DNA from: a virus
Taxonomy: Duplodnaviria > Heunggongvirae > Uroviricota > Caudoviricetes
Direction: 5' to 3' (one strand)
IMG/VR virus record: IMGVR_UViG_2547132077_000001
Span: 1 to 38,217 of that record
Length of the DNA: 38,217 bases
The translations under genes and the position numbers were made by a program. The notes under the pieces were generated by a model. It was not told the DNA's origin. It did no database searches and saw only the letters and a program-made list of their open reading frames with translations. Position 1 is the first letter of the stretch, and each line of letters starts with the position of its first letter. This document shows positions 10,596 through 21,486 of this stretch, piece after piece.

Positions 10596-11440
10596 TGCTC
10601 CGCGATTATCTTGATGATTGTGGCAGTAAACGCCGCACCATTTGACTGAATGGTTAACGTACTGCCATTTGTGGCAAGAAAGCCGTCTTTATCCACGCTG
10701 AAGAACGTAGCTAACAGGATGTTGTCGGTTGTTGTCGCCGAGTTGCGACTGCTTACCAGTGTGTCAGGAACAGAACCGGAAAATGTTAGCTGCATTGACC
10801 TGTTGGCGGTTCCGCTGGGCCAAGTCCCGACAATCGACAGCTTGAAGAACAAGGTTTTGTTCTCGTTGAACACAACCATCTTGTTGTTAACAGTGTCGAA
10901 GAATGGTGCCAACGTCCCGGATGACGGCGTGAGCGTTTTCAGCAGGCTAACAAGGTTGGTCGGCGCTGTCGGGATGGTTACAGATACGCCAGAGTAAACA
11001 ACCTCCGACTTCTTGCGAGTAGTGGCATACTCCAGAGCATCGATGCGCGTTTCATGGTCTGAAACCTGCGATTCCAGCGACTGAACTCTGGTATCAAGCG
11101 ACGCAATATCGCTTTCATTCTGAGCGATTCGCGTTTCATGTTCCTGAAGAGTTGATTCTGCCTGGCTGATTCGCTCCTCATGATTAACAAGCGTTGCTTC
11201 CGCAGCAGAAATTCGCTGCTCATGGTCAGCGAGAATCACATCCTGCTCATCGTTCCTGACCTGTGCATCATAAGCGCCCTGTCCGGCCTCGTTGGCTTTG
11301 TTAGCCACGTTACCAACATCAGTGCCCTGTGCGATAACGTAAAGCAGATACGACTGCGAGAAGATATTGCGTGGAAGGACTGATGTGTCGAGCCGTGTAG
11401 CCTGAATGATTACTGGCACATTGAGATTCGAATCCGCCAT
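10592..11440 (-). CDS. Tail needle (P22 gp26-like) with extended C-terminal knob domain
   Basis: N-terminus [43 protein letters not shown] matches the P22 gp26 N-terminus as recalled; heptad coiled-coil middle; 282 aa is longer than P22 gp26, consistent with a knob. Confidence 0.85.
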   Translation of the reverse strand: MADSNLNVPVIIQATRLDTSVLPRNIFSQSYLLYVIAQGTDVGNVANKANEAGQGAYDAQVRNDEQDVILADHEQRISAAEATLVNHEERISQAESTLQEHETRIAQNESDIASLDTRVQSLESQVSDHETRIDALEYATTRKKSEVVYSGVSVTIPTAPTNLVSLLKTLTPSSGTLAPFFDTVNNKMVVFNENKTLFFKLSIVGTWPSGTANRSMQLTFSGSVPDTLVSSRNSATTTDNILLATFFSVDKDGFLATNGSTLTIQSNGAAFTATIIKIIAEQ

Positions 11441-12858
11441 TACTCAATCCTTATCTGGCAGCCAGACAGAGTGACAGGTGACTTCGTGATAACGCGCAAT
11501 TTGAAGCCAATGTTTTTCCTGATGCGCCCTACTCGCTTCCACAAAACGCGTTTGTCGTAAACGAACGGTTCATTCTGCTCAATCATCTTTTCACGCCCGT
11601 AATTTATGCCGTCAGTGGTTGCAGAGAGAAAAAGGCGGTCAGCGTACTGCGCAACGCCAGTGGATGATTCCACCTCCAGATCGAAGCATCTGGCGTTATC
11701 CGCTTTGAACAACGGAGTAAACAGCAGGTGTTCCTGCTGCTTGTCGTACTGGCTGCTGATATCGAACTGCAATTTCCCGGTCACGGATTCCAGCTTATCG
11801 CCGCACGTTATCTGATTGCCTTCGTAAATGAAATCGATAGCGCGGTACACATCGTCATACAGGCCTGTTTTCAGCACACACCATTGCGGACCATTGGCAC
11901 TTGAAGATGCGTCGTACACGAGTACATGGCGCGGAAGGTGGATAATCAGCAGCTCATGAGCATCAAACCGCAGCGATTCCATCACACCATCAGCCAGTTC
12001 ATCAGCAGTGTAGGAGCGGAGAATTTTCTCAATGCTCGCGCTGGCGATTGGTGACACCTGACCGGAGCCGATGATATATACAGACGGTGCACCTGTTGCC
12101 GGATTGCTGATGAAAGCATAGGAATCAGCAAACGGCGTTTTGCAGTAAGTCCCGGCGATGCCTTTTTGCACCATCAGTGATGGCTGCGCGACATACAAAG
12201 CAGCACCAACGGTGGTTGCGCCAGTCAGGGAGAAATATTCAATAGTCGATGAACCAAAGCAGACGATGAAGTCTCGCCATGTTCCGATGCCGAGGATACC
12301 GTCCGGCTGCGATTCTGCGCGATATTGTGCGCTGTAACGGTCAGGATGCGATTCGTCTTCAAGGTCAGTGATAAACCATGAATCAGAGCCGTCTTTTGAC
12401 CACGCATAACGCCCACGTAAGCGCGTAATGTCACGAACAGAACCTAACTCATACTGAGTGAATCCGCTGTCTGTAGGCCAGTTTGAGACGGTTTTAACCG
12501 TACCATCATAGCGATACTCGACCAGTTGACCATTAACGCCTACCGCCTGTGATGTTCGACCATGCGCCATTGATACGCGACCACTTCCGGCAACATTACC
12601 GACTTCGCTTTCTCCTTTGTACAGCTTGCCACCACACACGCGATAAACAGCATTCTGCGCCATGTTGTACTCGACGCCGCGCGATACACCGTTCACATCA
12701 GAGCGTTTGGCAATGCCCGGGAATGAGCGAAGATATCCGCTGCTGTTGAGGATTTCTTTGGGTGTAGCCAGCATATTCACTGGCAGATAGTCGATATAGT
12801 CGGCGTTTCGAAAGTCTTTGCCGACACCTTTCATAAGCGGAAGTTGCTGAATCGGCAT
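11440..12858 (-). CDS. Tail hub / portal-closure protein, P22 gp10-like
   Basis: 472 aa; synteny between gp4-like and tail needle. Confidence 0.8.
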   Translation of the reverse strand: MPIQQLPLMKGVGKDFRNADYIDYLPVNMLATPKEILNSSGYLRSFPGIAKRSDVNGVSRGVEYNMAQNAVYRVCGGKLYKGESEVGNVAGSGRVSMAHGRTSQAVGVNGQLVEYRYDGTVKTVSNWPTDSGFTQYELGSVRDITRLRGRYAWSKDGSDSWFITDLEDESHPDRYSAQYRAESQPDGILGIGTWRDFIVCFGSSTIEYFSLTGATTVGAALYVAQPSLMVQKGIAGTYCKTPFADSYAFISNPATGAPSVYIIGSGQVSPIASASIEKILRSYTADELADGVMESLRFDAHELLIIHLPRHVLVYDASSSANGPQWCVLKTGLYDDVYRAIDFIYEGNQITCGDKLESVTGKLQFDISSQYDKQQEHLLFTPLFKADNARCFDLEVESSTGVAQYADRLFLSATTDGINYGREKMIEQNEPFVYDKRVLWKRVGRIRKNIGFKLRVITKSPVTLSGCQIRIE

Positions 12859-12866
12859 TTATTCAC

Positions 12867-13349
12867 CTATGCGTTTGGGATATCGCCATCAATCATAGGG
12901 AGATCGCCTGGATAATATCGGTCAGATGTAAACACGTCATATTTATTACCCTGTCCTACAGGAAAATCTCCACGTCGTCGCATTGAAGGAACAACCAGAG
13001 TGTCGGTCATCAAGGCATCATATGAGCGTTGGGCGTTACTGAGAACTTGCGGAGTTGGCTCAAGGCTGTAATCAGATAGCATTCTCAGCAATAACTGATA
13101 GCCTACTGCGTGTTTGTATTTTCTTGGAAGACCTGACTCATCATCTGGTAATGGCTGCTCATCTCCAGTTGCGAAAGCGTAACCAATGTCGCCGGGGTTA
13201 ATCATCCACTCGGACATCATATCTTCCAGATCATTTACACCATCTTCAATTGATTGCGGCTCAACATCAGTCAGCGATGCATTAGAAGCAATAGCAAACT
13301 TACGAAGCGCAAAAAGGACGATCTCACCCTTTGTCAGTACTGTTGCCAT
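12867..13349 (-). CDS. Head-tail adaptor, P22 gp4-like
   Basis: 160 aa; N-terminal ALRKF..AS.A.LTDVEPQS motif matches P22 gp4 as recalled. Confidence 0.8.
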   Translation of the reverse strand: MATVLTKGEIVLFALRKFAIASNASLTDVEPQSIEDGVNDLEDMMSEWMINPGDIGYAFATGDEQPLPDDESGLPRKYKHAVGYQLLLRMLSDYSLEPTPQVLSNAQRSYDALMTDTLVVPSMRRRGDFPVGQGNKYDVFTSDRYYPGDLPMIDGDIPNA

Positions 13350-13509
13350 TGTCTGCCGCCTTACTAGCTCGCTTACTGGTCGGTTTCAATTCATCAACTG
13401 AGGCAACAAAGCCCAACTTTTCGAAAAACTGGAAGTCTTTTTCTGCGATAACGGCCTGTACATGCCCGGATTCGTTATCTGCGGCAAGGAATACACTCAT
13501 GCGATCCAT
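13324..13509 (-). CDS. Small hypothetical protein between the coat and gp4 genes
   Basis: 61-aa ORF with RBS AAGGAAA before the ATG at 13509, just downstream of the post-coat hairpin; overlaps the gp4 start in another frame. Confidence 0.4.
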   Translation of the reverse strand: MDRMSVFLAADNESGHVQAVIAEKDFQFFEKLGFVASVDELKPTSKRASKAADNGNSTDKG

Positions 13510-13516
13510 ATTGTTT

Positions 13517-13547
13517 CCTTAAAACATAAAAGGGGCGTAAGCCCCTT
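13517..13547 (-). terminator. Intrinsic (probably partial) terminator after the coat gene
   Basis: On the minus strand: AAGGGGC-ttac-GCCCCTT followed by TTATGTTTT, immediately after the coat stop. Confidence 0.55.
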
Positions 13548-13551
13548 GTTA

Positions 13552-14823
13552 TTACGGATTACCGAAGAACTGACCGCCCATGTGAGGGTTAAAGCACACA
13601 TATGCAGGCAGTAAGTCGAAGCGCATTTTTTGCACGTTGGCATCGCCATCTGCGTATTTATGTACGCGGATGGAGAAACCTTCATATGTTGCAACAGCAG
13701 AATCAATACTGTGCAGTTTCGGCAGTGGGATAGAGCCAAGTCCACAGAAGAACTTGTTATAGAACAGGTTTGGCTTCATTGTCTGGCTAGCAGTGCCTAC
13801 TACAGATACGGCATCGCCTGCCGCTACCTGACGACTTACAGAGTTGTACTGCGGGTTTGTAGTGTCATAAATCGGAACACCAGAAAGCGTAACCGTCACA
13901 TCGCCACTGCCGTCTGAATCAGCATCAGCAGTAACCGTTGCAGTGAAGCTAATTGGTGTGGCTCCGTTATACAACGCCTGTTTGGTCTGCTGTTGCAGCC
14001 AGTAGGTATTGGTGAATTTAACCTGATCACCAGCTTTCAGAAAACCTGTAACGCTGGCTGTCGCTCCGGTCAATGTTACAGTGAACTGGTATGAGTCTTT
14101 AACTGCGTTATAGGTAACATTTGGCTGTGTTTTGACTGTCAGTGTTCCGCCAAATGCCCCCTGCGTACGAGAGGCAAGCCCATTAGACATCAGTGCGCGA
14201 ATGCCGCCAAAATTGGTTGGGATCTGTGCATTCTCCCATGCAGTACGAACCAATTGATCTGAAGCGTGCAAACCAGTCTGCGCATCAGCAAGTCGCTGTG
14301 CAGACCATGGATCCATTACAGCATAGTTTTCACCTTCATTAACGCCGAGGTCTTTCAGGAAAGATGCCGTCTGCGCAACATCAGACCATTTGGTGATTGG
14401 AGTATTGGGGCTACCAAGTGACAACGCACCGTTATTCATCATGAAGTGAGCAAGCTCTGTTTCAAGGTCGGTAACGATTCGCTGGCGAACCGGCGCGAGA
14501 ATTTCTTCCAGCTGGTTAAGCTTGATCGCTTCCTCCAGTTGCTGATATTCAACAGCAACAGTGATGTAGTTACCTACACGCCCCGTAGCTTTACCTGAGA
14601 TCAGGTTGTTTTTATTTTGCCCTGAAATATCACCAGTGGGAGTACGGAGGGATGAGAATTGATGCGGACGTTTAAAGCTAACGCTATCGCCAGTGCTGGA
14701 GTTGATTTCACCTGCCAGCAACTGACGGTCTACGGTTTTCGCCAGAACTAAATCTGACATAAAACCCGGAAGGAATTTTTTCAGAACGATTTGACTGACG
14801 TTACTGTCGAGATTGTTAGGCAT
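13552..14823 (-). CDS. Major capsid (coat) protein, Sf6-type
   Basis: 423 aa; position downstream of the scaffold gene. Sequence unlike P22 coat, so the Sf6-type label rests on length and context. Confidence 0.85.
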   Translation of the reverse strand: MPNNLDSNVSQIVLKKFLPGFMSDLVLAKTVDRQLLAGEINSSTGDSVSFKRPHQFSSLRTPTGDISGQNKNNLISGKATGRVGNYITVAVEYQQLEEAIKLNQLEEILAPVRQRIVTDLETELAHFMMNNGALSLGSPNTPITKWSDVAQTASFLKDLGVNEGENYAVMDPWSAQRLADAQTGLHASDQLVRTAWENAQIPTNFGGIRALMSNGLASRTQGAFGGTLTVKTQPNVTYNAVKDSYQFTVTLTGATASVTGFLKAGDQVKFTNTYWLQQQTKQALYNGATPISFTATVTADADSDGSGDVTVTLSGVPIYDTTNPQYNSVSRQVAAGDAVSVVGTASQTMKPNLFYNKFFCGLGSIPLPKLHSIDSAVATYEGFSIRVHKYADGDANVQKMRFDLLPAYVCFNPHMGGQFFGNP

Positions 14824-14834
14824 TTATCTTTTCC

Positions 14835-15719
14835 TTATTCGATTTTTGCGCCGGGGCATAATTTGTTGAATTCGTCTTGTTTCGCATCAGCACCGCCACC
14901 ACGTACTTCCGGCTCTGGCTTGATGGCTTTCTTTGGTTTTGGAGCAAGGCTTACCTGTTTGCTAATCTGCCCCAAGAGGAATGCTGCGCGAATTGGATCT
15001 GTCTCAGCGGCTACACGCTGGCGTAATTGCTGACTCTTACCTAAGCCATAGGCGAGTAGTTCAGAGCCTTCGTCTGCACAGTGAATGATGATTTCCTGCT
15101 GAATTGGTGGTAGCTCACTAAGAACAATGGCTTCCATTTCCTGATAATCTTTCACAGGAAGTTTGGCTGCCCGTTGTTTATGCGCTTCTACCCTTTGCTG
15201 GAAACGCTGCTGGTATTCCTGTTGCTGACGTAGTTTTTGTTGCTGCTGCTGTTCGACACGGCCTTTTTTCTCATGCCAATCAGTCAATGCCTGTTCAAAC
15301 GCCTGTTCGTCATAATCACACGACTCAAGAGTCGGTTTTGGTGGAATAGCGTCTGGTTGTGGTTGCTGATGTTCCGCTGGCTTGGCTAATGCTTCCTCAA
15401 GCTGGCGGCGCAACTCACGGTTTTCTTTCTGTGTTTCTTTGAAGCCTTTGCGAAGATCTTTCACCCATTGCGGTGCAGGTTGCCCGTCAATGTGATCATC
15501 ATCGTCAGCGTTAAGCTGAATTTCTTCATCACCAATACGCAAGGCGTAATCTTCTGGTGTCTCTTCGGTTTTTTCAGGCTCAGTTGCCACCTCTTTACCG
15601 TTGTCATCCTGGCTTTCATTCTCAGGCTGTGACTCTGTTTGGATGATGGTTTCTTCTGCATTTTCCTGTGTTTCAGACAGGTCAATAACCTGACCGTCGA
15701 TGATCAGTTCGTTTTCCAT
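14835..15719 (-). CDS. Scaffolding protein
   Basis: 294 aa, highly acidic and Gln/Glu-rich, predicted coiled coil; located between portal and coat. Confidence 0.8.
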   Translation of the reverse strand: MENELIIDGQVIDLSETQENAEETIIQTESQPENESQDDNGKEVATEPEKTEETPEDYALRIGDEEIQLNADDDDHIDGQPAPQWVKDLRKGFKETQKENRELRRQLEEALAKPAEHQQPQPDAIPPKPTLESCDYDEQAFEQALTDWHEKKGRVEQQQQQKLRQQQEYQQRFQQRVEAHKQRAAKLPVKDYQEMEAIVLSELPPIQQEIIIHCADEGSELLAYGLGKSQQLRQRVAAETDPIRAAFLLGQISKQVSLAPKPKKAIKPEPEVRGGGADAKQDEFNKLCPGAKIE

Positions 15720-15732
15720 TGATTACTCCTGG

Positions 15733-17859
15733 TTAACTCGGCATTAAGTCTGCCGGTGACTGTGGTGGTGACTGGAATTGCTGTTGTTGTGACTCGGCGA
15801 CATCTTTCAGAAGGCGTATTGCCTCCATCACTGCTTTGTCATCGATGTTTCTGGCTTGAGCCAGTTTATAGACAGTGTTTGCCTGACTCTCCATCGCATC
15901 CTGCTGGGCAGTAAATGCTTTGATTTGAGTTTGAGCAGTTTCGTTAGTTGCTTTTTGCGCTTCTGCCTGCGCTGCTACCATTTGCGCCTGAGCGAGAACC
16001 ATTTCAGGATTTGGCTGGCTTTGTGCTGCCATTTGCGCCTGTTGAACAATCTGCTGCTCTTTCTCATTGCGTGGTTTTGCAATGCCAGATATCAGCAGTT
16101 GGTTTCGGTTGTACTCTTTGAAGTCATCAAGGCCTTCGCCATCGATATTGTCCAGAATAATACCCTGAATTGCCGGACGCATTGGGTCTGTTGGAAGCAT
16201 AGAGCTAAGGACATTTGTCAGTACAGAAACCGTTGCATCACGTCGTGCTGTGTAGCTTGGTCCAACATCAACCGTCACATCGTATCGACCGACAGAAAGG
16301 TCATTTAACGCAACAACAGCCCCTGTTTGCCTGTCAACAACCTGTGCGCTCAGGACAGCGATATCATCACTTCCATCTTCGTTAACGATGCGCACTTCAC
16401 GCTCTGAACCGTACACTTCACGAGCCATTGACAGCCATACTTCACCAGCTCGTTTAAGACTTTTCGCCATATTGTCCAGATAGATAAACGAAGCCATATC
16501 TGCTCTGTTCATCAAGTTGTTAACCGTTTCCTGAGCAATATTACTTGGCATCTGCTGCATGGCCTGACTGCCGCCTGTAACCTCCTGAATATCTGCACTG
16601 GTTTGCTGTAGTAATGCAGCCAATGCCTGATTCATAACCGCAGGCTGTGTATATCCTGCCGGGGTAGCTCCAGCGATAATGTTGCCAGATTTATCTCTCA
16701 CTTCGCGCAACGGCAAGAACGCTGGGCGTTTCTTGTTGCGAGCCTCCCAGTGCTTCTCAAGTCCACGAATTTGCTCCATGCCAACTATAGGAATCTGACC
16801 GGGGTCTTGCGCTGCAGTATCAGCCAGCATTGAAACCTGAAGGTTGTACAAACGCTGTGGATCCATTGCTTTTGCAATGTGCCCTTCGACACGCTCAATG
16901 TCATCAATGAACCAGCGTTTTCCATAAACCGGGATGAGGGGGATATGCTCACCAGGAATACGTCGAGGTTTCTCAAGGAAACCATCACCATCCACTACGG
17001 ATACATACACACGACGGCGCTTCACTGAGCGCCTTGCCACTTCATGAAATCCAGCTATTGCCAGTTCATCTTCAATATCTTCAACCTGATCACTGTCGTA
17101 TGTTGCAATCTCTCCAGTGATTGGATGTCGATAACTGATGACGTCAACAGACTCTTTACGAACTTCGTAATACTTCGCTATGTAAATAACATCTGCACCA
17201 AACCAGTTATATTCCCAACTGGTCATAGACGTTACATCCAGAGAAGTAGGAGGTTTCTTTCCGTATTCAGCCTCATATTTTTCTGGTGACAACGAATACA
17301 TACAGAACGCCCACAACGCGTCAGATTTGTCGTACTTCTTAGCGTCAGGGTCAAACCACACAGAGCGCGACGGGTCGTATATTGGTTCAATAGCAATACG
17401 CTGACGATCGTCCATGGGGTCGTATTCATTGACCAGCATCGACGTCAAACGGAAGCAACCGAAACCACCAGTAGCAGCGTCGTCAAATGCATTATCGCAA
17501 GCCTCACCGCCATCAGTTTCTTCGTAGTCAGCACGGAACAGACCATTTAATTTATTGGCTAACTCTTCGCTTGCCTCTCTGTCACCAGGACGAAACTTAA
17601 CGGTGATTCTGTTATTGCGGTATTCTGCAATGATGCGGTTAAGTTCAGTTGCTACCTTATTGATTTCAAACTTAGGATACTTCTCGAACTGCTCATCAAG
17701 CTTAGTTCCAGCCGCCGTTGCTCCTTCCCATTGACCTCCGGGGACACGAGCAAACCTCGTAGCTTCAATGCACTTTTCGCGCACTTCCTTCTGTGGAGAA
17801 TAGGCGCGGTCAAACCTGAGCATGATCCGCTCATGTTTTTTCTCTAATGTCTCTGCCAT
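15733..17859 (-). CDS. Portal protein
   Basis: Start placed at the internal Met (MAETLEKKH...), 2 nt after the terminase stop, giving about 708 aa. The longer track ORF would overlap the terminase by about 70 nt. Confidence 0.9.
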   Translation of the reverse strand: MAETLEKKHERIMLRFDRAYSPQKEVREKCIEATRFARVPGGQWEGATAAGTKLDEQFEKYPKFEINKVATELNRIIAEYRNNRITVKFRPGDREASEELANKLNGLFRADYEETDGGEACDNAFDDAATGGFGCFRLTSMLVNEYDPMDDRQRIAIEPIYDPSRSVWFDPDAKKYDKSDALWAFCMYSLSPEKYEAEYGKKPPTSLDVTSMTSWEYNWFGADVIYIAKYYEVRKESVDVISYRHPITGEIATYDSDQVEDIEDELAIAGFHEVARRSVKRRRVYVSVVDGDGFLEKPRRIPGEHIPLIPVYGKRWFIDDIERVEGHIAKAMDPQRLYNLQVSMLADTAAQDPGQIPIVGMEQIRGLEKHWEARNKKRPAFLPLREVRDKSGNIIAGATPAGYTQPAVMNQALAALLQQTSADIQEVTGGSQAMQQMPSNIAQETVNNLMNRADMASFIYLDNMAKSLKRAGEVWLSMAREVYGSEREVRIVNEDGSDDIAVLSAQVVDRQTGAVVALNDLSVGRYDVTVDVGPSYTARRDATVSVLTNVLSSMLPTDPMRPAIQGIILDNIDGEGLDDFKEYNRNQLLISGIAKPRNEKEQQIVQQAQMAAQSQPNPEMVLAQAQMVAAQAEAQKATNETAQTQIKAFTAQQDAMESQANTVYKLAQARNIDDKAVMEAIRLLKDVAESQQQQFQSPPQSPADLMPS

Positions 17860-17861
17860 GT

Positions 17862-19274
17862 TTACCAACCGGAGGATGAGGGAACGTATATTTCTGTTTC
17901 TTCGCGGACCAATGCCGGGCAATGCATACACATCATCAGCGCATCAGCCAGGTTAGGAGATGGAATACCGAGCTTCTGCTTCATTTCGACCTTAGTCATA
18001 AGCTCCAGCTTCCCGTTATTATTGAATTTGCGCTGAATCTGCGTCAGTTCTGCAAACAGCTTCTCCAGCATCTTCTCGCCTATCGCTTCTTTGTCGAAAC
18101 TCAGCATGTCGTCGGGGTCTGCATACTCACCGTAGACAACCGCCCGATATGTCAGATACAGCCTGTCAGCCAGCGCGTAATAGAATTGCGCTCGCTTATT
18201 GCGGAACACATCACCAATAGTGCGAACGTTGTCTCCCTGTACGACTTCATCAGCCCATGCTCCGGCCTGATATGGTGCATCTTCATCAAATGGCGATTCG
18301 CTGCCCTTGAACATCGTGGCGGTGATTTTCTTACCGGAGAATGCTTCCGTTGTCTGTCTGCGTAGCCCTGCCCCGACACCATCACCATCCCACAAGTAGT
18401 GGTCAGCGCCGTCTTCAATCGCCAGCGAAGTTGCCCAGTCAGCACCCTCGTTGATGTCCATCAGCAGACCTTCGGCAATGCGCTTAACTACCGAACCGTG
18501 ACGCGATGCATAACCTTTAGCATCTGGCCCTGTATCTGACGGGTCATGTGCAGAAACAACAGCGCCTTTCGCTTTCCATCCGAGTTTCTTGTGCGCATCG
18601 GTTGCAGCTTCAAGCCATTCACGTTTGATGATTGCCATATCACTTGCGCTTACCGGCTCACCCAGCCAGATGTGACGATACAGTGTCGGATTTCTGCGTT
18701 TGCACTCTTCCATCTCCAGACGGAGAACTTCAGGAAAGTGCGGGTTGTCGGTGTAGTTCACCGTCAGCAGACAAATATCATCAGGAGGATTTACGACGAA
18801 TCGCTGATAGGTATCGTCGAGGATGTTTTTCGGGTTAAAGCTCACCCATATTTCGGAAAACGGCTTGCGGATGGTTGGTATCAGGATATCCCATGATTCC
18901 TTCGTTACCGCTTCCGCTTCTTCAACCCAGCAGATATCAATGCCTTCGAGCGATTTAATCTTCGTCGGGTTGTTTTTTATGCCGTAGAACATGAATTCAG
19001 CATTCGTTCCGAGATGACGAATCATGGAACGCTGAATTTCAAACTCAGCCGAATACCCTTCCCGCTCTATGGTGTCTTCAAGCAACCGGATTACCGAATC
19101 GCTGATACTGTTTTGCAGTTCACGAGCGCAGAGAATACGCACAGGCTGCCGGCGCGCCGCTTCAACAAGCAGCCTCGCTATTGCCCATGATTTACCGCTA
19201 CCTCGACCGCCTTTGGCAACTTTGTAGCGATGCGCCTCAATGAACGGTTCAAAGATAGGATTAATCGAGGTCAT
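17862..19274 (-). CDS. Terminase large subunit
   Basis: 470 aa; Walker A VAKGGRGSGKS near the N-terminus; ATGA overlap with the small subunit gene. Confidence 0.95.
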   Translation of the reverse strand: MTSINPIFEPFIEAHRYKVAKGGRGSGKSWAIARLLVEAARRQPVRILCARELQNSISDSVIRLLEDTIEREGYSAEFEIQRSMIRHLGTNAEFMFYGIKNNPTKIKSLEGIDICWVEEAEAVTKESWDILIPTIRKPFSEIWVSFNPKNILDDTYQRFVVNPPDDICLLTVNYTDNPHFPEVLRLEMEECKRRNPTLYRHIWLGEPVSASDMAIIKREWLEAATDAHKKLGWKAKGAVVSAHDPSDTGPDAKGYASRHGSVVKRIAEGLLMDINEGADWATSLAIEDGADHYLWDGDGVGAGLRRQTTEAFSGKKITATMFKGSESPFDEDAPYQAGAWADEVVQGDNVRTIGDVFRNKRAQFYYALADRLYLTYRAVVYGEYADPDDMLSFDKEAIGEKMLEKLFAELTQIQRKFNNNGKLELMTKVEMKQKLGIPSPNLADALMMCMHCPALVREETEIYVPSSSGW

Positions 19275-19696
19275 TTTACGAATAGAGTGCTCATCGGTGA
19301 TGTTTCAATCTGGATTGCGCCGCCGTCTTTGCCGACAAGCTCGTTAGTTACCTTGTCGCCATACTTACGGGGATTCATTCGGGCCAGCGCCCATTTGCGG
19401 GTATCAACGCGAAGTCTTGCCTTTGCCACCTCAGCAGCATCTGGAATCGCAGTGTCAGCAATTTCGAATATCTCTTCGAAAACAGAATCAGCTCGCGCCT
19501 CAGTTGCCTTCGCGTACTTGTCTCTAAAGTCGTCATGCTCTGACAGCCAGCGAAATACAGTAGCCTTTGCTGGCATGCCGGGGCGCTTGCAAACCTTAAC
19601 CAGACTTTCCCCGGAGGCAAGCAGCGCACAGATATCATCAGCCACCTCCGGCAGGTAATCCGAAGGGCGACCGACATTCTTTTTCTCAGTCGCCAT
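19271..19696 (-). CDS. Terminase small subunit (Sf6 gp1-like)
   Basis: 141 aa; GRPSDY..EVADDIC...GESL.KVCKRPGMP motif matches Sf6-type small terminase as recalled; immediately upstream of TerL. Confidence 0.85.
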   Translation of the reverse strand: MATEKKNVGRPSDYLPEVADDICALLASGESLVKVCKRPGMPAKATVFRWLSEHDDFRDKYAKATEARADSVFEEIFEIADTAIPDAAEVAKARLRVDTRKWALARMNPRKYGDKVTNELVGKDGGAIQIETSPMSTLFVK

Positions 19697-19775
19697 ATTG
19701 ATTATTTCCCTTCTGCTTGCTTATCCCATTCATCGCGGAATTTGGATGGGTTGTCGAAACCTTGAGTTGCCATGT

Positions 19776-20018
19776 TTATGCTCCGGTAGTGAACAGGTCT
19801 AACGCTTCCTTAGATTTACGCACCGCTTCAAGTGTGCGGATCGTGATATCTGAATTAGCGCCGCCTGACTGGAAGTGAATTTTGAATAGCTCAAGCTTCA
19901 GTTCGTCAGTGCCAATGAACTGAAATGCTTCCTCCGCGGCTGCGTTCTGGTTCATGACCAGTTTGTAAATCTCTAACTGGAATTTCTGTTCTTCAGTCAT
20001 GGGAATAATCTCTGCCAT
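19776..20018 (-). CDS. Hypothetical protein
   Basis: 80-aa ORF upstream of the terminase genes in the same orientation. Confidence 0.5.
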   Translation of the reverse strand: MAEIIPMTEEQKFQLEIYKLVMNQNAAAEEAFQFIGTDELKLELFKIHFQSGGANSDITIRTLEAVRKSKEALDLFTTGA

Positions 20019-20121
20019 TGTTGGCTCCGTTTATCCGTTAAAAGGGATATCAGTTAAGTTATCCCGTGTAGGGTATAAGCCATTGTCAAAGCCACTCTGT
20101 AGGGAATGGCTTTTGTAATAA

Positions 20122-20478
20122 CTACTGTTCGCTTAGCTTCTGCTTCAGCAAGTAACCTTCGAGCATCCAGATTTTGTTTACAGCATTCTGCCGGGCAATC
20201 TTCCGACCAATTTCTGCATCAAAATTTTCCGGACTTGCACAGGCACTCTCTCCGGTGACGGTGAAGCCATTCTTCAGCACCAGTACGCAGAAAGTCAGGA
20301 GGTCTGTAGATTTATGCGCTGTCCATGAATCGCCAACGCCCATATTGGCAGCACGAATGCCGTCATAAGCAGTAAAGAAATGCTCTTCAAGAATGATGCT
20401 TTCGATATATTGAGGCGTAACGCGCGGTGCCGTTTTGCCTTTCTCAACGATTTCTTTTTCGATTTGCTGGTCGTTCAT
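20122..20478 (-). CDS. Hypothetical protein
   Basis: 118-aa ORF between rha and the terminase genes, co-oriented; no family recognised. Confidence 0.55.
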   Translation of the reverse strand: MNDQQIEKEIVEKGKTAPRVTPQYIESIILEEHFFTAYDGIRAANMGVGDSWTAHKSTDLLTFCVLVLKNGFTVTGESACASPENFDAEIGRKIARQNAVNKIWMLEGYLLKQKLSEQ

Positions 20479-20761
20479 AATTATGACCCTGTGGAGTGGT
20501 TGCTTGATTAGGATGTCTTTCCATCAGTCCGCCACCACAAAGAATCTTTTTTGCCATAAGGCAGGAGGTTCATCTTTCAGTGGCTGCCAGTGTTATTTCC
20601 CCACTTACTGGCTTGGGTTGTTTCGCTGTACTGCCGCAACTGGTGGTGCACAGATTTAGTTAAATCTGTTCTCGCCTGAACTATCTTTTACATACCCGGA
20701 TTGTGGGGATGTAAATCACGGTTTCATTATCAAGCCCACCCGTAGATGGGCTTTGGAATGG

Positions 20762-21280
20762 TCACTTTGGCAGTCCGGGGATCGATATTTGCGCCTGCTG
20801 CTCAAGCCTTTCGATTCTTGCTATGAGTTGCGGTTTTTTGATCCTGCCCCAGCGGTTTAGCAAGCGTCCTGACATACTGGCAACATCCTTTTCCTTCATG
20901 AACTCCAGCATTAACTCGTTGTGCTCTCTTTGGTATGAGTGAGCCATCTCCATCAGCCTGTCACGCATCCAATTAAATGCTTTGATAAACGCCTCTTTGA
21001 TGGCGGCAGCTTTTTTGCCGGTAAACGACATGATGATGTACATCGCGCCGTCTTTGGAAATTTCATATTCAACATACTGATTACCCTTGTGTTCATAGGT
21101 AACCCGCGAAAAGTTGCTGGTTAGAAATTCATCCGAACAGTCTAGCTTTTCGATTTTCTGAATGATGTGGTGATGCTGCTTGTCGAAGTAAGCTGCTACC
21201 TTGCGGGAGGTTGTGATCACGCGATCACCAGAAACAACCACCATGTCCCGGAAATCGAGATTAGCCAATTGATGATTCAT
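20762..21280 (-). CDS. rha: Rha family phage regulatory protein
   Basis: Internal Met gives MNHQLANLDFRDMVVVSGDRVITTSRKVAAYFDKQHHHIIQKI, a typical Rha N-terminus; located between lysis genes and terminase as in P22. Confidence 0.8.
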   Translation of the reverse strand: MNHQLANLDFRDMVVVSGDRVITTSRKVAAYFDKQHHHIIQKIEKLDCSDEFLTSNFSRVTYEHKGNQYVEYEISKDGAMYIIMSFTGKKAAAIKEAFIKAFNWMRDRLMEMAHSYQREHNELMLEFMKEKDVASMSGRLLNRWGRIKKPQLIARIERLEQQAQISIPGLPK

Positions 21281-21486
21281 AGCGTCTTTACCTTTTAGAA
21301 AGTGAGCCTGTCTCACAGAAAAGCCGCCCCGAGATGGTCGCCACCATATACGGCAGTTCTCAGGCTCAACTTTCTGAAAGGCTCGGGTGATGTAATATGC
21401 GCGTGAGATGCGCTGTGAAATTCAGATGTAAAAAAAGCCCCGCATCGCGAGGATCATTAAATTGACTTTGTGATTTGCAAAAAAAA

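Noticed and set aside
15856-16308. 150-aa ORF on the plus strand
   Set aside because: Antisense inside the portal gene; Cys/Leu-rich low-complexity translation typical of a non-coding frame.
15733-17931. Longer portal ORF starting at 17931 (MYALPGIG...)
   Set aside because: Would overlap the terminase large subunit by about 70 nt; the internal Met at 17859 sits 2 nt after the terminase stop and gives a more typical portal length.
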